This document shows positions 36,801 through 48,184 of a stretch of DNA of 64,000 bases, piece by piece. The position numbers were made by a program, and so were the translations under genes. Within the stretch, counting starts at the first letter, position 1. Each line of letters starts with the position of its first letter. Under the pieces are notes generated by a model. It worked only from the letters and a program-made list of their open reading frames with translations. It searched no databases and was not told where the DNA came from. Source of the stretch: Halocafeteria seosinensis (lineage: Eukaryota); NCBI GenBank assembly GCA_001687465.1, contig LVLI01000279.1, positions 1 to 64,000 of the forward strand. The letters run 5' to 3'.

Positions 36801-38919
36801 GAAGATTGGACACGTCCAAATAGAAGGAGCGCATCGCTTCGTCATCAAAAGGTCCAAGAGAAACAGCTCCTTCCCAACTGCCGTCCCACAATGTTATTTC
36901 TCCCTGCTCGGCCGATTGAACATCCGGTTCCGGTTCCTGGAGCGACGGTGCCACACAGTCTACTGAGTCACGCAAAGAAGCAACCGCATTAGAAAGCTTT
37001 TCAAAGTACTGCTTTGAGTTACTTAAGTTTTGCGCAGCCTTTTCGGGAACATCCCCACGATTGAATTCAATCTCGCGGTTTTTCTTCTCGAGTCGACAAA
37101 CGTTTGAATACTCAGCTTGCAACGCCGCGCTGGCGCGATAAAAGAGCCCGAACAAAACTTCACAAAGATTGTTCTGTGAATTTGTGGATACGCAAGAAAA
37201 CACAAGGTGTCGCTCAGTATCAACGGGGGTATCTCCATAAATCATCTCTAAATCTTGCATATATGGCTGAAGATTATTGTACCCTACGAAGGGCCACTTG
37301 ATTAATATGTCCACCGGCAGTTGCGAGAGATAAGATCGGTACTGCTGAGGGAAACGACCTAGAAGATACTGTGAGAGAGGTATGGCTCCACTGCTAGTGC
37401 CAGCCCTACCAGTACTATCCCCCGAATTAGTGTAGTTATCAAAATCGATCAGGTGACCGTAGGACACATGCTTTAAAACAGGCACTACCAGCGGAAGAAT
37501 TACGGCAGCACGTCGGTAGGATCTCTTGGGGACAGAATCCACACTCACGGTCCGGGTTTCCACCGCATCCATGAAAACAGAGCTAAGGCTCTTCTCACCA
37601 CTGTCTTCAGTAGCAACACCTTCATCTGTTCTTTTGACGTTTCCCGCCTCGACGACTTCAGCTGCAGCGCCGTTAGTCGGAGTATCTGTTTGAGGTCCAC
37701 CATCTTCTTGATTGTGGGTTGGTGTCGGATTAAACTCCTGATCGGAGACAAGGGCGTTTAATATATCCATTAAGGTTTGTTCGTCTCTCCAAATTCCGCA
37801 CAGGTATAATTCAGAGAGAAGGATAAGCAGTACCCTGCATCTTGTTTGGGCTGCTTTTGGTGTCATTTCCCCAGACTTCCCGTCACCACTTCCATGGTCT
37901 TTGGCACTAGAACTGCTTCGTTTTGCACTACCAGACAAGGATGCACCGGCACCCATTCCCATGTCACCTAAGTCTCCTAAGCCCATCCCAAGATCGTCAG
38001 CAGCTAAGGTATCAATGTCATTCTCCTTGTTTGCAATCTTCTCAACCCTACTCTTGGCCTGCTTAAGTACCTCGGATGCTTGCTGTAAGATTGATGAATT
38101 TTCGGTAGATATAGAAGAGGACCCAGTTTGGTTGCCGGAAGACGACGATGACGAGGAGCTCGACAACATTACCCCCAGGCACGTCTTCAAGGAGTCGAAT
38201 AGATGCTTCAACATCGTTGGCAGAAATCCCGGGTATCTCTGATGCATGGCACCAGCAATGCCAGCAACCACAGGAACATCAGCAGAGCGCATTCGTGGAT
38301 CAATCAAAGCTACCGCGATTTCGGAAGAGTATCTACTAAGGTTAATCGTTGCAATGTCTTTCAGCAAAGATTGAATTTTATCCAATGACGTGCTCATACT
38401 CCCAATTCGCTTTACGAGAGCCAGTGATTTTTTGACATCGCTTTTCATTTGACTTTTCGCCTTACTTCGTATCTTGGTGACATTATCGGGGTCCATAGAC
38501 TTCCACTGCTTCTGTCTCGAGGCCGCAATCATGTGAAGCTGTTGAATGTGATGCTCTGCTGCAGCGATTGTCTCCTTTTTCTCCTCTTCTTCTTGCTGCC
38601 GCTTGCGCTCCTCCTCTTCAGCGGCAGCGGCGGCGGCTGCTTCTTCAGCTTCCTGCTTTTTCTTGGCATTAGAAGAGGAAGATGAATGGTGATGAGTTGA
38701 ATTCTTCTTACGTTTTTGTTGCTGATTCTTCCTGTTTTTCCCACTCGTTGCATCTTTTACAGCTGCTGTGTTCGTAGCGGTTGACGCAGACGTAGATGTA
38801 GAAGCATGGGATGGCTTCTTGGTGTTTGCTGAACCACTAGTTCGAGCACTCTGATGCGATGAAGAGGAGGTACCACCAGCTTCTACTGGGGCAGGCTTTT
38901 TTGTTTTATTCTTCTCCAT
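33892..38919 (-). CDS. UPF2: Regulator of nonsense transcripts 2 (UPF2/NMD2), 1675 aa, intronless
   Basis: KSDVKKS, INLSRYSSEIA, GPFDDEAMRSFYLDV, PYYARLVA, AELCKFGI, HSIELLATILEGCGKYL, LLDNAYYACVP, IRRLPWS, DAYNVKLVD, acidic C-terminal Upf2 region (DFESQLAEL, VAFTLLRRKG). Confidence 0.93.
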   Translation of the reverse strand: MEKNKTKKPAPVEAGGTSSSSHQSARTSGSANTKKPSHASTSTSASTATNTAAVKDATSGKNRKNQQQKRKKNSTHHHSSSSSNAKKKQEAEEAAAAAAAEEEERKRQQEEEEKKETIAAAEHHIQQLHMIAASRQKQWKSMDPDNVTKIRSKAKSQMKSDVKKSLALVKRIGSMSTSLDKIQSLLKDIATINLSRYSSEIAVALIDPRMRSADVPVVAGIAGAMHQRYPGFLPTMLKHLFDSLKTCLGVMLSSSSSSSSSGNQTGSSSISTENSSILQQASEVLKQAKSRVEKIANKENDIDTLAADDLGMGLGDLGDMGMGAGASLSGSAKRSSSSAKDHGSGDGKSGEMTPKAAQTRCRVLLILLSELYLCGIWRDEQTLMDILNALVSDQEFNPTPTHNQEDGGPQTDTPTNGAAAEVVEAGNVKRTDEGVATEDSGEKSLSSVFMDAVETRTVSVDSVPKRSYRRAAVILPLVVPVLKHVSYGHLIDFDNYTNSGDSTGRAGTSSGAIPLSQYLLGRFPQQYRSYLSQLPVDILIKWPFVGYNNLQPYMQDLEMIYGDTPVDTERHLVFSCVSTNSQNNLCEVLFGLFYRASAALQAEYSNVCRLEKKNREIEFNRGDVPEKAAQNLSNSKQYFEKLSNAVASLRDSVDCVAPSLQEPEPDVQSAEQGEITLWDGSWEGAVSLGPFDDEAMRSFYLDVSNLRDTIPSILLDTPEEAAAKAAEREQRSKQSNISSSSNAASASTVTKSSEPSLAETAAKFKNPKGQRGTLDTALKQFVPGSKDSSANQVVGTGISQGSPKPTAESSHGKEFHRPRSTTDGSDSSDNEEAEEDNQEMLEEDFMQDDNLGDDDEVRGQLARTESVEDASFEDEAGWGSKESFDRLLQELSHCVSKDLIDNWAHEFVVQKHFNKLGRRLLLKHIAYANPAATDMFPYYARLVAIFEKASPGFSRPLLATLEDDLKYMTKKKRNSHLDLKLRNGRLAAELCKFGIAPPNMIFRLLSRCIRDFSSHSIELLATILEGCGKYLYMLSQTRERVQQVLDTMQKLKKAKGLDGLRASLLDNAYYACVPVTGNNKPKRKERPMLYEFLRYLILEKLGKISTNEIVKAIRRLPWSTEPMVSQWFRKAVFRSIQTSSATGSRLVSVLSSLKAFRESVVMHILDHAMAIIEDGLLVSNMENFRYTQKRMAVCHFIGDAYNVKLVDNKMLLRLLYAVINTGHALPRPSDAINSIRAFAASEEIRKKQGTNANITIEDLHDVDLSSVFPHPLVEPDPRVPQMGTWGFHPLVPCETDKKEDVHRIHIVCEILQNCATPISKGAARQKIDDFLCCFERYILSKGRLPVETDTFVSETLDLIRPDRKRFTNFQEAQLTCAKLELAQCKELAEQAYNTRYKTQTGSTNVEEEEDLNEAESSDDEEVDAEGDQTQENASSPGDDTETSEHELEDEDLEREREPKHKSEADMDFESQLAELEKESIEQRKLAGSRVTAEHMTLPLHLKQKQDENRQHSQNHTPAEGRVAFTLLRRKGASRTGAQNVGTKIETRTLYVPENVPLAARSSDALEAARREKEELKRVTLAMQDRQEVEERKQTSSESTHASRKRTGFHRGEELEDVLETEEEEAMEAEEQEGVATATYTRGRGSRGSHHRGRGGRGGRGRGSGGRGGGRGRGLK

Positions 38920-39241
38920 TTTCCTTCCACAACAACAAGCCCATACACCATAGAGTTAAGCGGGATCCCAATAACCTTGGAAACAGATCATTTGGAAGCT
39001 GCACTATGCATGTGCTGTACCGTCGAGAGAGGCTGCCAAAAAGCATAGGTGGAGTGAACGAAAAAATTGCTCGCTTTGAACATCAAGGAGCAGTAGGAAC
39101 TGAGGGTCAAGAGAATAGTACGCCAAGGTTGTATGATATGCTATGAAGACGAATAAGCCTCCAGTGGAGGAAATCAAATGTTGCAACAACGCAGTCAGCA
39201 TGTACGTGTCGGTTGCTATTTGGTGTTGATTCAAAACAGCA

Positions 39242-40827
39242 TTAGGTATCTTCCAAGAAGTTATTTTGTCGAAAGAAGCGGAAGCACTGCAGTATCACAC
39301 TATTTTCCCTATGAATATCCTTTTCAAGTACCTTACTCAATAAGGACTGCCTAAAATTCTGTTGATTTCGATTGTCCCGCTTCGGCTGTTTCACGTGGTT
39401 ACCCTTCTTTTTCTGGCCGCCTTGTAATTGTTGTGCTCGATCAGCGGGGTTATGGGAGAAAGAGCACCGATCTCCACGTTTACATTTCCCCTTACCAAAG
39501 TTCCTGCAAAAAGGCTTCCCAGTGGGCTCTCCTACAAGCTCCCTCGCGGAAGTATGGCTACTGCCTGTACCACATGCCAGCTTCCCCTCCGACTGTTGAG
39601 AGTCGGCATCACTATCGTACGCGGAAGCTAAAGCGGCCAGACTATCGTCTTCGGGTTGACTATCCTCGTCTGGTTCTGTTTCAACTTTACGACGTTTCAG
39701 ACGAGAATCTGAGTTTTGCTCACTCGTCGCGTATGATTGTTCCTCCATCCTAAGCTGCTTTACATCCCTCCTGTTGTGCTTTAATTTGCCACTAGAGTCG
39801 TAAACTGGTTCGCCGCTCCTCAAACGCTTTTCCTGTTCTTCTTTCTGCATGCGGAGCGACACTAGCAAGTTATCTAAATGAGCGGAAAAGAAGTATTACA
39901 AAACCATTCCTCATTTGTTTTACCTTTTTCTGGATGTTTTCCGAAGTAGGATAGTGCTTCCTGCGCGACTCGATCCATTTTTTAATATCTTCGGGGTCAC
40001 TCCCCACCATGGCTGTCATCTCTGTATTGTATAAAAAACAGGATCAACATAAAGGCTTAAAGTGCCAGAAATGAGTGTAATACGCGCGAATACTAATTAC
40101 TTTGATATTTGGGTGGAATGAGTTCAAGTAGTCCCTTCGGAAAGCCCTTCTTCTGCGCACTCCCTTTCCCATTTTGAGTAGCCTTTCCCCTACCAGAAAC
40201 AGAGGACTTGCGGGTCTTTTCTTGATTTTCGCGGTTTCGGCGCTCCTGATTATTGCGAAACCTTTGTCCGTCGCCACGGTGTTGCACAGTCTCTTGTTGC
40301 CTTCCATTGCTGGACGCTGGTGTCGAAGAACTCGCTGCACCCGAAGAAGGAACTGCAGGCTGTCTTCCTAAATTCTGCATCACAGGATACTGTCCTGAGG
40401 AACCCTCTGTGCGCTGAAAATAAGCAGGATTCTTATACTTTGCCAATGCCTGTTGTCCATTTAGGTATGCTTGCTGCGCCTGCATTTGTTGCTGCTGAGC
40501 CGCAGCAGCATAAGCCTGTCCTGCTAGTGTCGACATGTGTCCGTACGGCTGCTGCTGCATGCCCGGTGGTGGAGCAAACACTCGGGGATGTTGCATTTGG
40601 GGAGGCATCTGTATCCCTGCCTGAGGTTGTTGAAACTGATGAGGCATCATTATATTCTGCTGGTAGTGGTAGTTTGGCGTCACAAACTGGGCAGACGGCA
40701 TACTGGGATTCGCCATTCCATACTGATTCTGATAAGGCGGCGGAATAGGATATCCCCCACTTGATCCTTCATTTTGACGAGGAAACTGGTGTCCTGAAGG
40801 CCCGTTATACGCCTCTTGGCCCGACAT
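39242..40827 (-). CDS. NUFIP1: NUFIP1/Rsa1-like box C/D snoRNP assembly factor with CCCH finger; 3 exons
   Basis: Internal exon (~39925-40022) encodes DPEDIKKWIESRRKHYPTSENIQKK; C-terminus SLLSKVLEKDIHRENSVILQCFRFFRQNNFL; finger CRNFGKGKCKRGDRCSFSH. Confidence 0.85.
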
Positions 40828-41108
40828 CTCCACCTTGAACCAACTCCTGGAGCAACACCGACACGGGTTTCAGCGATGTTTGCATCTGGGGTTCGCAAAG
40901 GCAGCATTCACACAGTGATAAGCTTCCAATTCAACCAAAAAGACACAGTAGGTGGTTCTGTAGTGACAGTGTGACGGACAGCGACTCGTCAGCGACCATT
41001 TCATAATGCCGAGCTTGGCTTCAATTGCTCATATGGTGCTAAGGATCTCGCTGTGTATTATAGGTATAATAGCCCTCCTTATTCCCCCACAATCTTCGGA
41101 TTGGCAAG

Positions 41109-41182
41109 GCTCCCGTAGCTCAGTTGGTTAGAGCGTAGTGCTAATAACGCTAAGGTCCTGGGTTCGAGCCCCAGTGGGAGCA
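41109..41182 (+). tRNA. tRNA-Ile (anticodon AAT)
   Basis: Acceptor stem GCTCCCG/TGGGAGC, D-arm TAGCTCAGTTGGTTAGAGC, anticodon arm TAGTG-CTAATAA-CGCTA, T-loop GGTTCGAGCC. Confidence 0.97.
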
Positions 41183-41190
41183 TTTTTTTT
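41183..41190 (+). terminator. RNA polymerase III oligo-T terminator
   Basis: T8 immediately after the tRNA discriminator base. Confidence 0.9.
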
Positions 41191-41784
41191 GCGTTTGAGT
41201 TCGTAATTTATAGAACCTAAGTAACGTAACATTCCTTCTTCCAGGAAATAATGGAATACACTGCATCATATCTACCCTCATGATGGGCCTCATCATACTT
41301 CTAGAAAGTTTGGGAGCCTCCGTAATAGCTGCGAACTGCAACCTGCTTCTCGAGAAATTCCCAGCAGACTAAAGTGTGACTACATTGTACTGGCAGTAGT
41401 GTGCATTCAATAGTCTGCAGCACTAAATAAAAATATTGGTCGCCAAGCTAAAGTAAAACGAATGACCCACGAAAACTGGCCGACAAGTTGTCCAACTGCC
41501 CTGCTAGTAGGCTGCTACGGGAACTTGAAGAGTGCGGCGAATCTTCCCGGGCACCGGGACCTTCGTCATATGCGTGCTGCACGATTGATTTGCATTCAAA
41601 GATACATACAATTCAGATCTTCCCTATTTATCTTTGTTTTGTTAAATGAAGCTGGTCGTTGAGCTCTATTAGCTGTATCCTTACGCTGCTCAGAGTCGAC
41701 ATCAGCCTCGTCCTCCAAGGGCACCTCTTCCGACACTCGTGCCTATCGACGTCCTCTGCTATAACCACTGCCACGGAAAGCAAT

Positions 41785-43801
41785 ATGAGGGATCAAGAAA
41801 TTATATTCATTTTATGTATGACTGTTTATACTCTCATATGCGTACAGGCATCCACAAGCCCTGCATCATCGGTGTTTGACGAGAGTCGTATCCGTTCGGC
41901 ACTCCGCCCCGCTCAGGCCAAACGGAAACCGGAGCAGAAGCGGATTGATATTCGCCGTTTGATGTACAAGGATGATCCATCAGTAGTAAAAACACCTCTT
42001 GGGGATATACAGGGTGAGGTGCTCTCCAAGGGACGCCGGTTCCGAACGATTCCGTATGCGGAGCCTCCGGTAGGCGAGTTGAGATGGCAATCGCCGCTGA
42101 TGGTTAAATCCTGGAAGCCAAGTGTAGTGAATGCAACCCAAGGTTAGTTACGAACGGAGATCAGAGCTTTCCAGAATCTTATTGTATTGTTCCGTCTCCT
42201 TGCGGTCAGATCCTCCCGGATGTATTCAAGATTGCGGGGAACCTCCGTTAGCATGCCCGAAGACGACCTCAGGTAAGAAGCAGGCATGATTCTGCCGCTA
42301 TACCCCATATGTAGATAGCAGGGGATAGCCTTGACTACAATTGTCAATTTTTTTTTGTGTTTTCAGAAGACTGTCTGTTTCTGAATGTCTTTACGCCAAG
42401 ACTGGAAACGATCACGGAGCCATTGCCGGTCTTACTGTAAGCAACTCGGGACTGTCAAGACACCGTATATCGTTGATATGAGTAACAATTTTATGCAGTT
42501 TTATTCATGGAGGGAACTTTAAGGACGGTTACGGTGGAGGACCTTTGTACGATGGGATACATCTTGCCAATACTTCCAATATTATTGTCGTCACAATAAA
42601 CTACCGTCTAAACGCGTTAGGATTCCTCTACACGGGAAGCGGCTCTCCTTCTTCTATCAATGGTAATTTCGGTATCCAAGACCAGCGAATGGCAATGAGA
42701 TGGGTTAGAAACTACATAAGTTACTTCGGAGGAAGCAGTTCCCAAACAACTATTATGGGTCAATCAGCGGGAGCACAGTCAGTGGCCACACATCTTGTGT
42801 CACCCATTAGTGATCCGTATTTTGACGCCGCCATGATGATATCGGAACCTATGGGGCTGCCCTTCAGGCCAAGTCATGACGCTGCTAAGTGGGGCAGGCT
42901 CATTGCTTCGAAGATCGGATGTGGTAATGATTCTACCCCGATCAAGGAAATAGAGACTTGCTTCCGAACTCAAACCCCTGCGAAACTATTGGAAGGTGAC
43001 GCCAAAGCGCGTTCTGACTTTACCGCTCAGTTGGACAACTTGTTGTATGTGTTTAGCCCTTGGAGCCCCATAGTGGGCTCGACAGAATGTCCGCTCCAGC
43101 CCATCTTCGGTTTGGCCCACAGCAGTTACACTCAAGGAAAGCCTGTATTTAGTGGCGCAGTTCACTCTGAAGGATGGCTATTCGTTTATTCCGGTTTTAA
43201 GTTTTCAGTTCCCGAAATATTATTCGACATTCTGTGTTCTTTGATTTTTGGCGCAAACAACCTCGAGAGAATCAAGCAGCAGTATCCTATACCCTCTTCT
43301 ATGGTAAATGATACCCGCCCTGTAATTTCTCATATTGCCACTGATGCCCTGTTTCGATGCCCTGTAAGGCATGCAATGCAAGGTCTTTGGAACAATACCG
43401 GTGAGAATGTCTGGATGTATCATTTCAATCACCTCTCCAGTTTTTCGAAGCAAATGTGGGGAAATACCTCCACAATGTGTTGGGATAACGTCTGTCACGG
43501 CGAAGACCTTCCCTACTGGTTTAAACCTGAATTGACTCCTTACGGATTTAACTACACCGCGGAAGAATTCGTCTTAGCTAGCGCGATGAGCGAATACGCG
43601 GGAAACTTCGCCCGCAAGTACAATCCGGGATCCGCCCCTAGCGAGCCACTCCAGTGGCAGCAGTACAAGTCAAGTGCTATTGAAGAAGAGACTTCGATGT
43701 ACTTCCAAACTCCACGCAACGAGATTCGTGTTGCACCTTTCGAAAATGCTTGCGATTTTTGGGATTCTATTGGATGGTCTTTCATCAATGGCGACAAGTG
43801 A
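41785..43801 (+). CDS. Secreted type-B carboxylesterase (cholinesterase-like fold); 4 exons
   Basis: Signal peptide; IPYAEPPVGELRW, SEDCLFLNVF, FIHGGNF, INYRLNALGFL, GNFGIQDQ, catalytic GQSAG, HSEG, CHGEDLPY. Confidence 0.93.
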
Positions 43802-44095
43802 AGTCGTTCGAGTACACAAAGTCCTCTTTTTTCTCGGTGTTTTTTTTGATCAGGTATAAATATCAACATTCTATCTCGCATTGGCTAAGCCACTTAAATT
43901 ATAAGTCTGCGATTCCTTACCGGCTTAGCGGTATTAAATTCCAGCCGCGCGTCGAATAGGGCAAACTTTCCGTCGACTCTATTTCATGATAGAAGTTCCC
44001 CCTCTCGCGGCCTTGTATGTTCGTTGACTGCTTGCATGTCGGTGACGTGCAACTATCGATGTAGCAGCTTGATACCCTATCACAGCAATTGAACA

Positions 44096-44673
44096 ATGCT
44101 GAGCTTGACGGATAATCGTAAAATCGGGATGCTGTTAGCCTCCTTAGGCTTACTCTTTCTGTTATTGGGCGTGATATTATTCTTTGATACAGGGCTGTTA
44201 GCCATTGGCAATATTCTATTTATCTCTAGTATTCCATTCTTAGTTGGCTTTAGACAGGTATGTACACTGCTGCCATGGTTGGTTTACTCGATTGGAGATA
44301 ACTTTGTGAAAGTGGTTTGCAGGCGTTAAACTTCTTTAATCCTGTACGTCGGAAAGAACGCAGGAGAGGGATAATATGCTTCTTCATAGGAGTATTCCTT
44401 GTATTGATAAAGTGGGCGGTGATCGGAATGATCATTGAGATGATAGGAATCATTGAAATGTTTGGAGTGTACGTCCACCGCCTCAGCGTTGAAGGCCACG
44501 TGTTGTGTTAAGTCTCTGATATATCGTTGATTCTCGGATGCAGATTCCTACCTTATGTTATTGGATTCGTACAGCAGGTGCCTTACATAGGGCCACTCTT
44601 TGATAACCCCAGTATAAACCGATTGGTTAACTGGGTGTCCAGTGGTCAACAACGAAGACCGCCCCCGGTTTAG
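44096..44673 (+). CDS. GOT1: Got1/GOLT1 vesicle transport protein; 3 exons
   Basis: LTDNRKIG...LGVILFFDTGLLAIGNILF...GIICFFIGVFLVLIKWAVIGMIIE...MFGVFLP...VPYIGP (Golgi transport Got1, not the aminotransferase of the same symbol). Confidence 0.92.
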
Positions 44674-45997
44674 ACGATGAATGAAATCGAGCAGCTCTCT
44701 CTTTGCATAACTTGCCGCTGATGTTTCGCCCGGTTTCCGGTATCATTAACTATACTGTATGGTTTGTTAATAAGGAGAATGGAGGAGATCTTATTGTGGT
44801 GGGAGGTATGGAAAATTCACTGGAAAATCACGTGGCGAGTACTGGGCAACGAAGAATATTGCATTGTTGTCGTAGCAGCGTGCCTTCAGTGACTGACTGA
44901 CTGGATGTTCCTCTGCATCGCTCAAAATTGGCATGCCACAATTGGCTTTGCGGCAATTAAATAAACTCATAGTGACGATGCTTGAGATCTCGCTCTTCGT
45001 AAAGCATCTCACACCCTGGTATACTAGTATACAGATTCATAACCCTCTTTCCCTTGTCCGATCAGTCCCTGCGTCTTGCTCATGAACGACTACTCTCGTG
45101 ACAGTTATGCATTCAGCAAAGGCGTTCCTCGCTTCTTCACTAGCTTCACACCTCAGCGTGCTGAACTTAGGCTCGCCGAACTAACGGACGTGCGTTGCCG
45201 CCTCGCTGCCACTATGGGCATCTGAGTATCCGTGGAGCCGTACAGATAAGCCTCTGACTATTCCATAGGTCAGGAGGTGGGGTATCAATAATCGTTACAC
45301 ACCCACATTGGTTGACCAACTTGACAACTCCGCAGACGTACAATGTAGTGTAGAGTCGATATGTGTAAAAAAACACCAGTAGCAGGAAGATTTATAGCTG
45401 TTATGCGTCCAATTGCACCATCATCCGGGATTACAAACTTTATGAAGCTAGTGATGTTTCATCACATCACAGCTACAGACTCTAGCTCCCGACTGCCGCC
45501 AGTTTGCGGCGCAAACTTTGCGCACACATGTGACAGTTAGCGGAAGTTGACCAACGGGGAGCAGTGCTGCGGCTGCTGCCATGTTCTCCTGTGCAAGCAA
45601 GACTGACGACACGCGTCACATGGAGATAAGCCAAGGGGAAATTAAATAAAGATTCAATCCGTATGAACAGCAATGCTTCAGAACTTCTTTGCGCTTGTTA
45701 GGCACTGCCATTAGATGACGGCTTTGTGAAGATGCACATAGCAGGAAGTTCAGGAACCCTGTTCGTTGAGAAAATAGGGAGATATGGGCAACTTTCGGAA
45801 GCCGATGATGACCAAGCTGTTTTGTATAACGTTGATGCGCTGAGAATCAACGCCGGGACACCAAGGTATGTAGTGCAGCATCACTACAACGAGGATCCGA
45901 TACTGTAGACAGTGTAGAGGCTTCCTAACCTTCACAAAGTTATACAGGTGGGGTTGTTAGTTGTTTGCTCCCAGTGTTTGGACTCCAGGACGCAATA

Positions 45998-48149
45998 ATG
46001 GCTGCTGCTGCTACGGGAGAGTCTGGACATGCGTCTCATGACGTTTCCGCGTCGTATGAAGTGTACTTGAAGCATGAGAAACCGCCTCAACCGAGTGTGG
46101 AGGTACTGACACAGTACTATCAAAGCCTTTTAGAGAAGAATCAGAGCCCTATCAATGTTGTCATCGATCCCCAAACCAGGCAAAAGTCGGTATACGCGAC
46201 GCGACGCATTGAGCAAGGTGAAACGATCTTGACGAATGAGCCATGGATGTCTATGCGCCACCGAACGAGTCAGGTAAGTGCCAACTTCCTCAGCAACAAG
46301 TGCAAGGGAACTACAAACGACAACTTATTTTTGTGCTTCGATCATGGTTTGCAGGAACGTATAGATTCATGCGAACGGGTAGGTAACACTCGCGAAAGAA
46401 AAGTACGAACGTTGTGGAATTACCGTTTGTGCCACGCGGATGGATTCTACAGTGCCACAAAATTCTAGGAGATGCTGAAAGCCAAATTCGGAAACTCACT
46501 ACGGTTCGTAGTCCTTCTATGCAAGAGGGAGAGGAAGCTCCCAATTCGGTCTCTCTTCTAGACGAGGATTTCAAATTCCCTGTAGACCTTCTACAAGATC
46601 CCGAGATGATGGAATTTTGCACGTCCCAATGCAAATGCCAGTTTGGTTGTGGAACTCTGTACTGCTCTACGGAATGCCGAGGTAAAGCGTGGAAAGAGTA
46701 CCACCGCCAACTATGTCCTCAAGCCTACAGTTTATCTGGTAAGAGTACCTGTTGGTCCTTAGTTGTGATAGTTGGATTCCAAACCATTCACTTCACTGCA
46801 GAGGAAGAAGTGACCAAGACGCTGCTCTTTGGAGGCCTTCCCGAAGTTCAAGACAGTTGTGCAGTAGATAAGCATATCCCCGACGGTGTAGATCCAGAGC
46901 TTACCTCTTTGAACTTAGTCCATCTATTCAACCGACAGGCTGAGGCAACGAATGAAATCTTCAAACTGGCCGGTAAGATATACGCGAACATTCTTTCTCG
47001 CTGGCGAGACAACGGCAAGAATATGGATGAAGCTATGCTCCCTTTACTGGCGTTTCATCAGCGACCATGGTGGGAAGTAAGTGTGCCGTTCAGCATCTCA
47101 CTGTTAACTTGGCAAGTGGATCTTGGTTGGCATTCACAGGTAGTACTGCAAGCTATGGACCCGGCAGAGAAAGAAGACAAGGACATTGAACCGGAAGAAG
47201 TAAGTATTTTGATGACGCTATTAGGTCGTGACCTCCAGTATTTATCGACTTATTTGAGCATCCTGCGCAGGTTGTCTCATCTGTTCGCGAGTCGATGCTG
47301 GAGTCTCTGCATATTCTCCACTCTATTTTGGTCTCTTCTGCCCCTGAGGATTTGCCAACACCGGATGGTGAAGACAAGTTCAAGTTATTTAACTTGGATA
47401 CCTTCGCTAACCTCATCGGGGCGTTCGAACTCAACAACATCAGCGTCGAAATAGATAACCCTCTCAGAGATCTGCTCATGTGTGCATATGTTGTTCAGAA
47501 GAAACAAGATAAATCTTCCGCCACGCTACTGGAAGCCTTGAAATCTATAGCGCTTGCCGAAAAAGCTCGGTCTTTCTTGGATGATGAAGATGAGGAAGAG
47601 GATGATGACGAGGACGAGGACGAGGAAACGGACTCGGCTGCGGTCGAAGATGACGAGGAACCTCACCGTCATAGAACTACAAGCAACGCAGATACGGCGA
47701 TCGCATGGGCGAAGGCATGCACTACCCTCCCAGAAGAATTAAACGCACACACAATTGCGGAGGTTATACCACACTGCGATGGAACCTGCATAATGCCTCT
47801 AACCTGTTGTATCAACCACAGCTGTATTCCAAACGCTAGGTCCGTGATACGCTGCGAAATGGAGTTCATCGATACTTGTACTCCTCATGTTTGCTACTGC
47901 AGTGTTAGCTATTCCGCGGGGAGCCGTCTGGCGTTTGTGCAAGCAGTGAAGACGGTAAACGAAGACGAAGAGGTGCTGATCTGCTATGTCGACGAACACG
48001 GTTCCTATGCAGAACGGCAGAATGAGCTAAGGTATAGTAGATGCGACGAACATTCCTCTGTCTTCTGACGAGCCGTATTCATCTCGTCTGTTTTCCGCAG
48101 ACACTATGACTTTGAATGCCAGTGTGTGCGCTGTCAAAACCAAGAATAA
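45998..48149 (+). CDS. SET and MYND domain lysine methyltransferase (SMYD5-like); multi-exon
   Basis: KSVYATRRIEQGETILTNEP; CERC and CGTLYCSTECRGKAWKEYHRQLC (MYND-like); INHSCIPNA; EVLICYVD; post-SET YDFECQCVRC; internal acidic tract. Confidence 0.88.
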
Positions 48150-48184
48150 TCTCTGCCCCTGATATTTCCAGCTGTCCTGCCAAG

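Noticed and set aside
45019..45032. Perfect 14-bp palindrome gtatactagtatac
   Set aside because: A few palindromes of this length are expected by chance in 64 kb.
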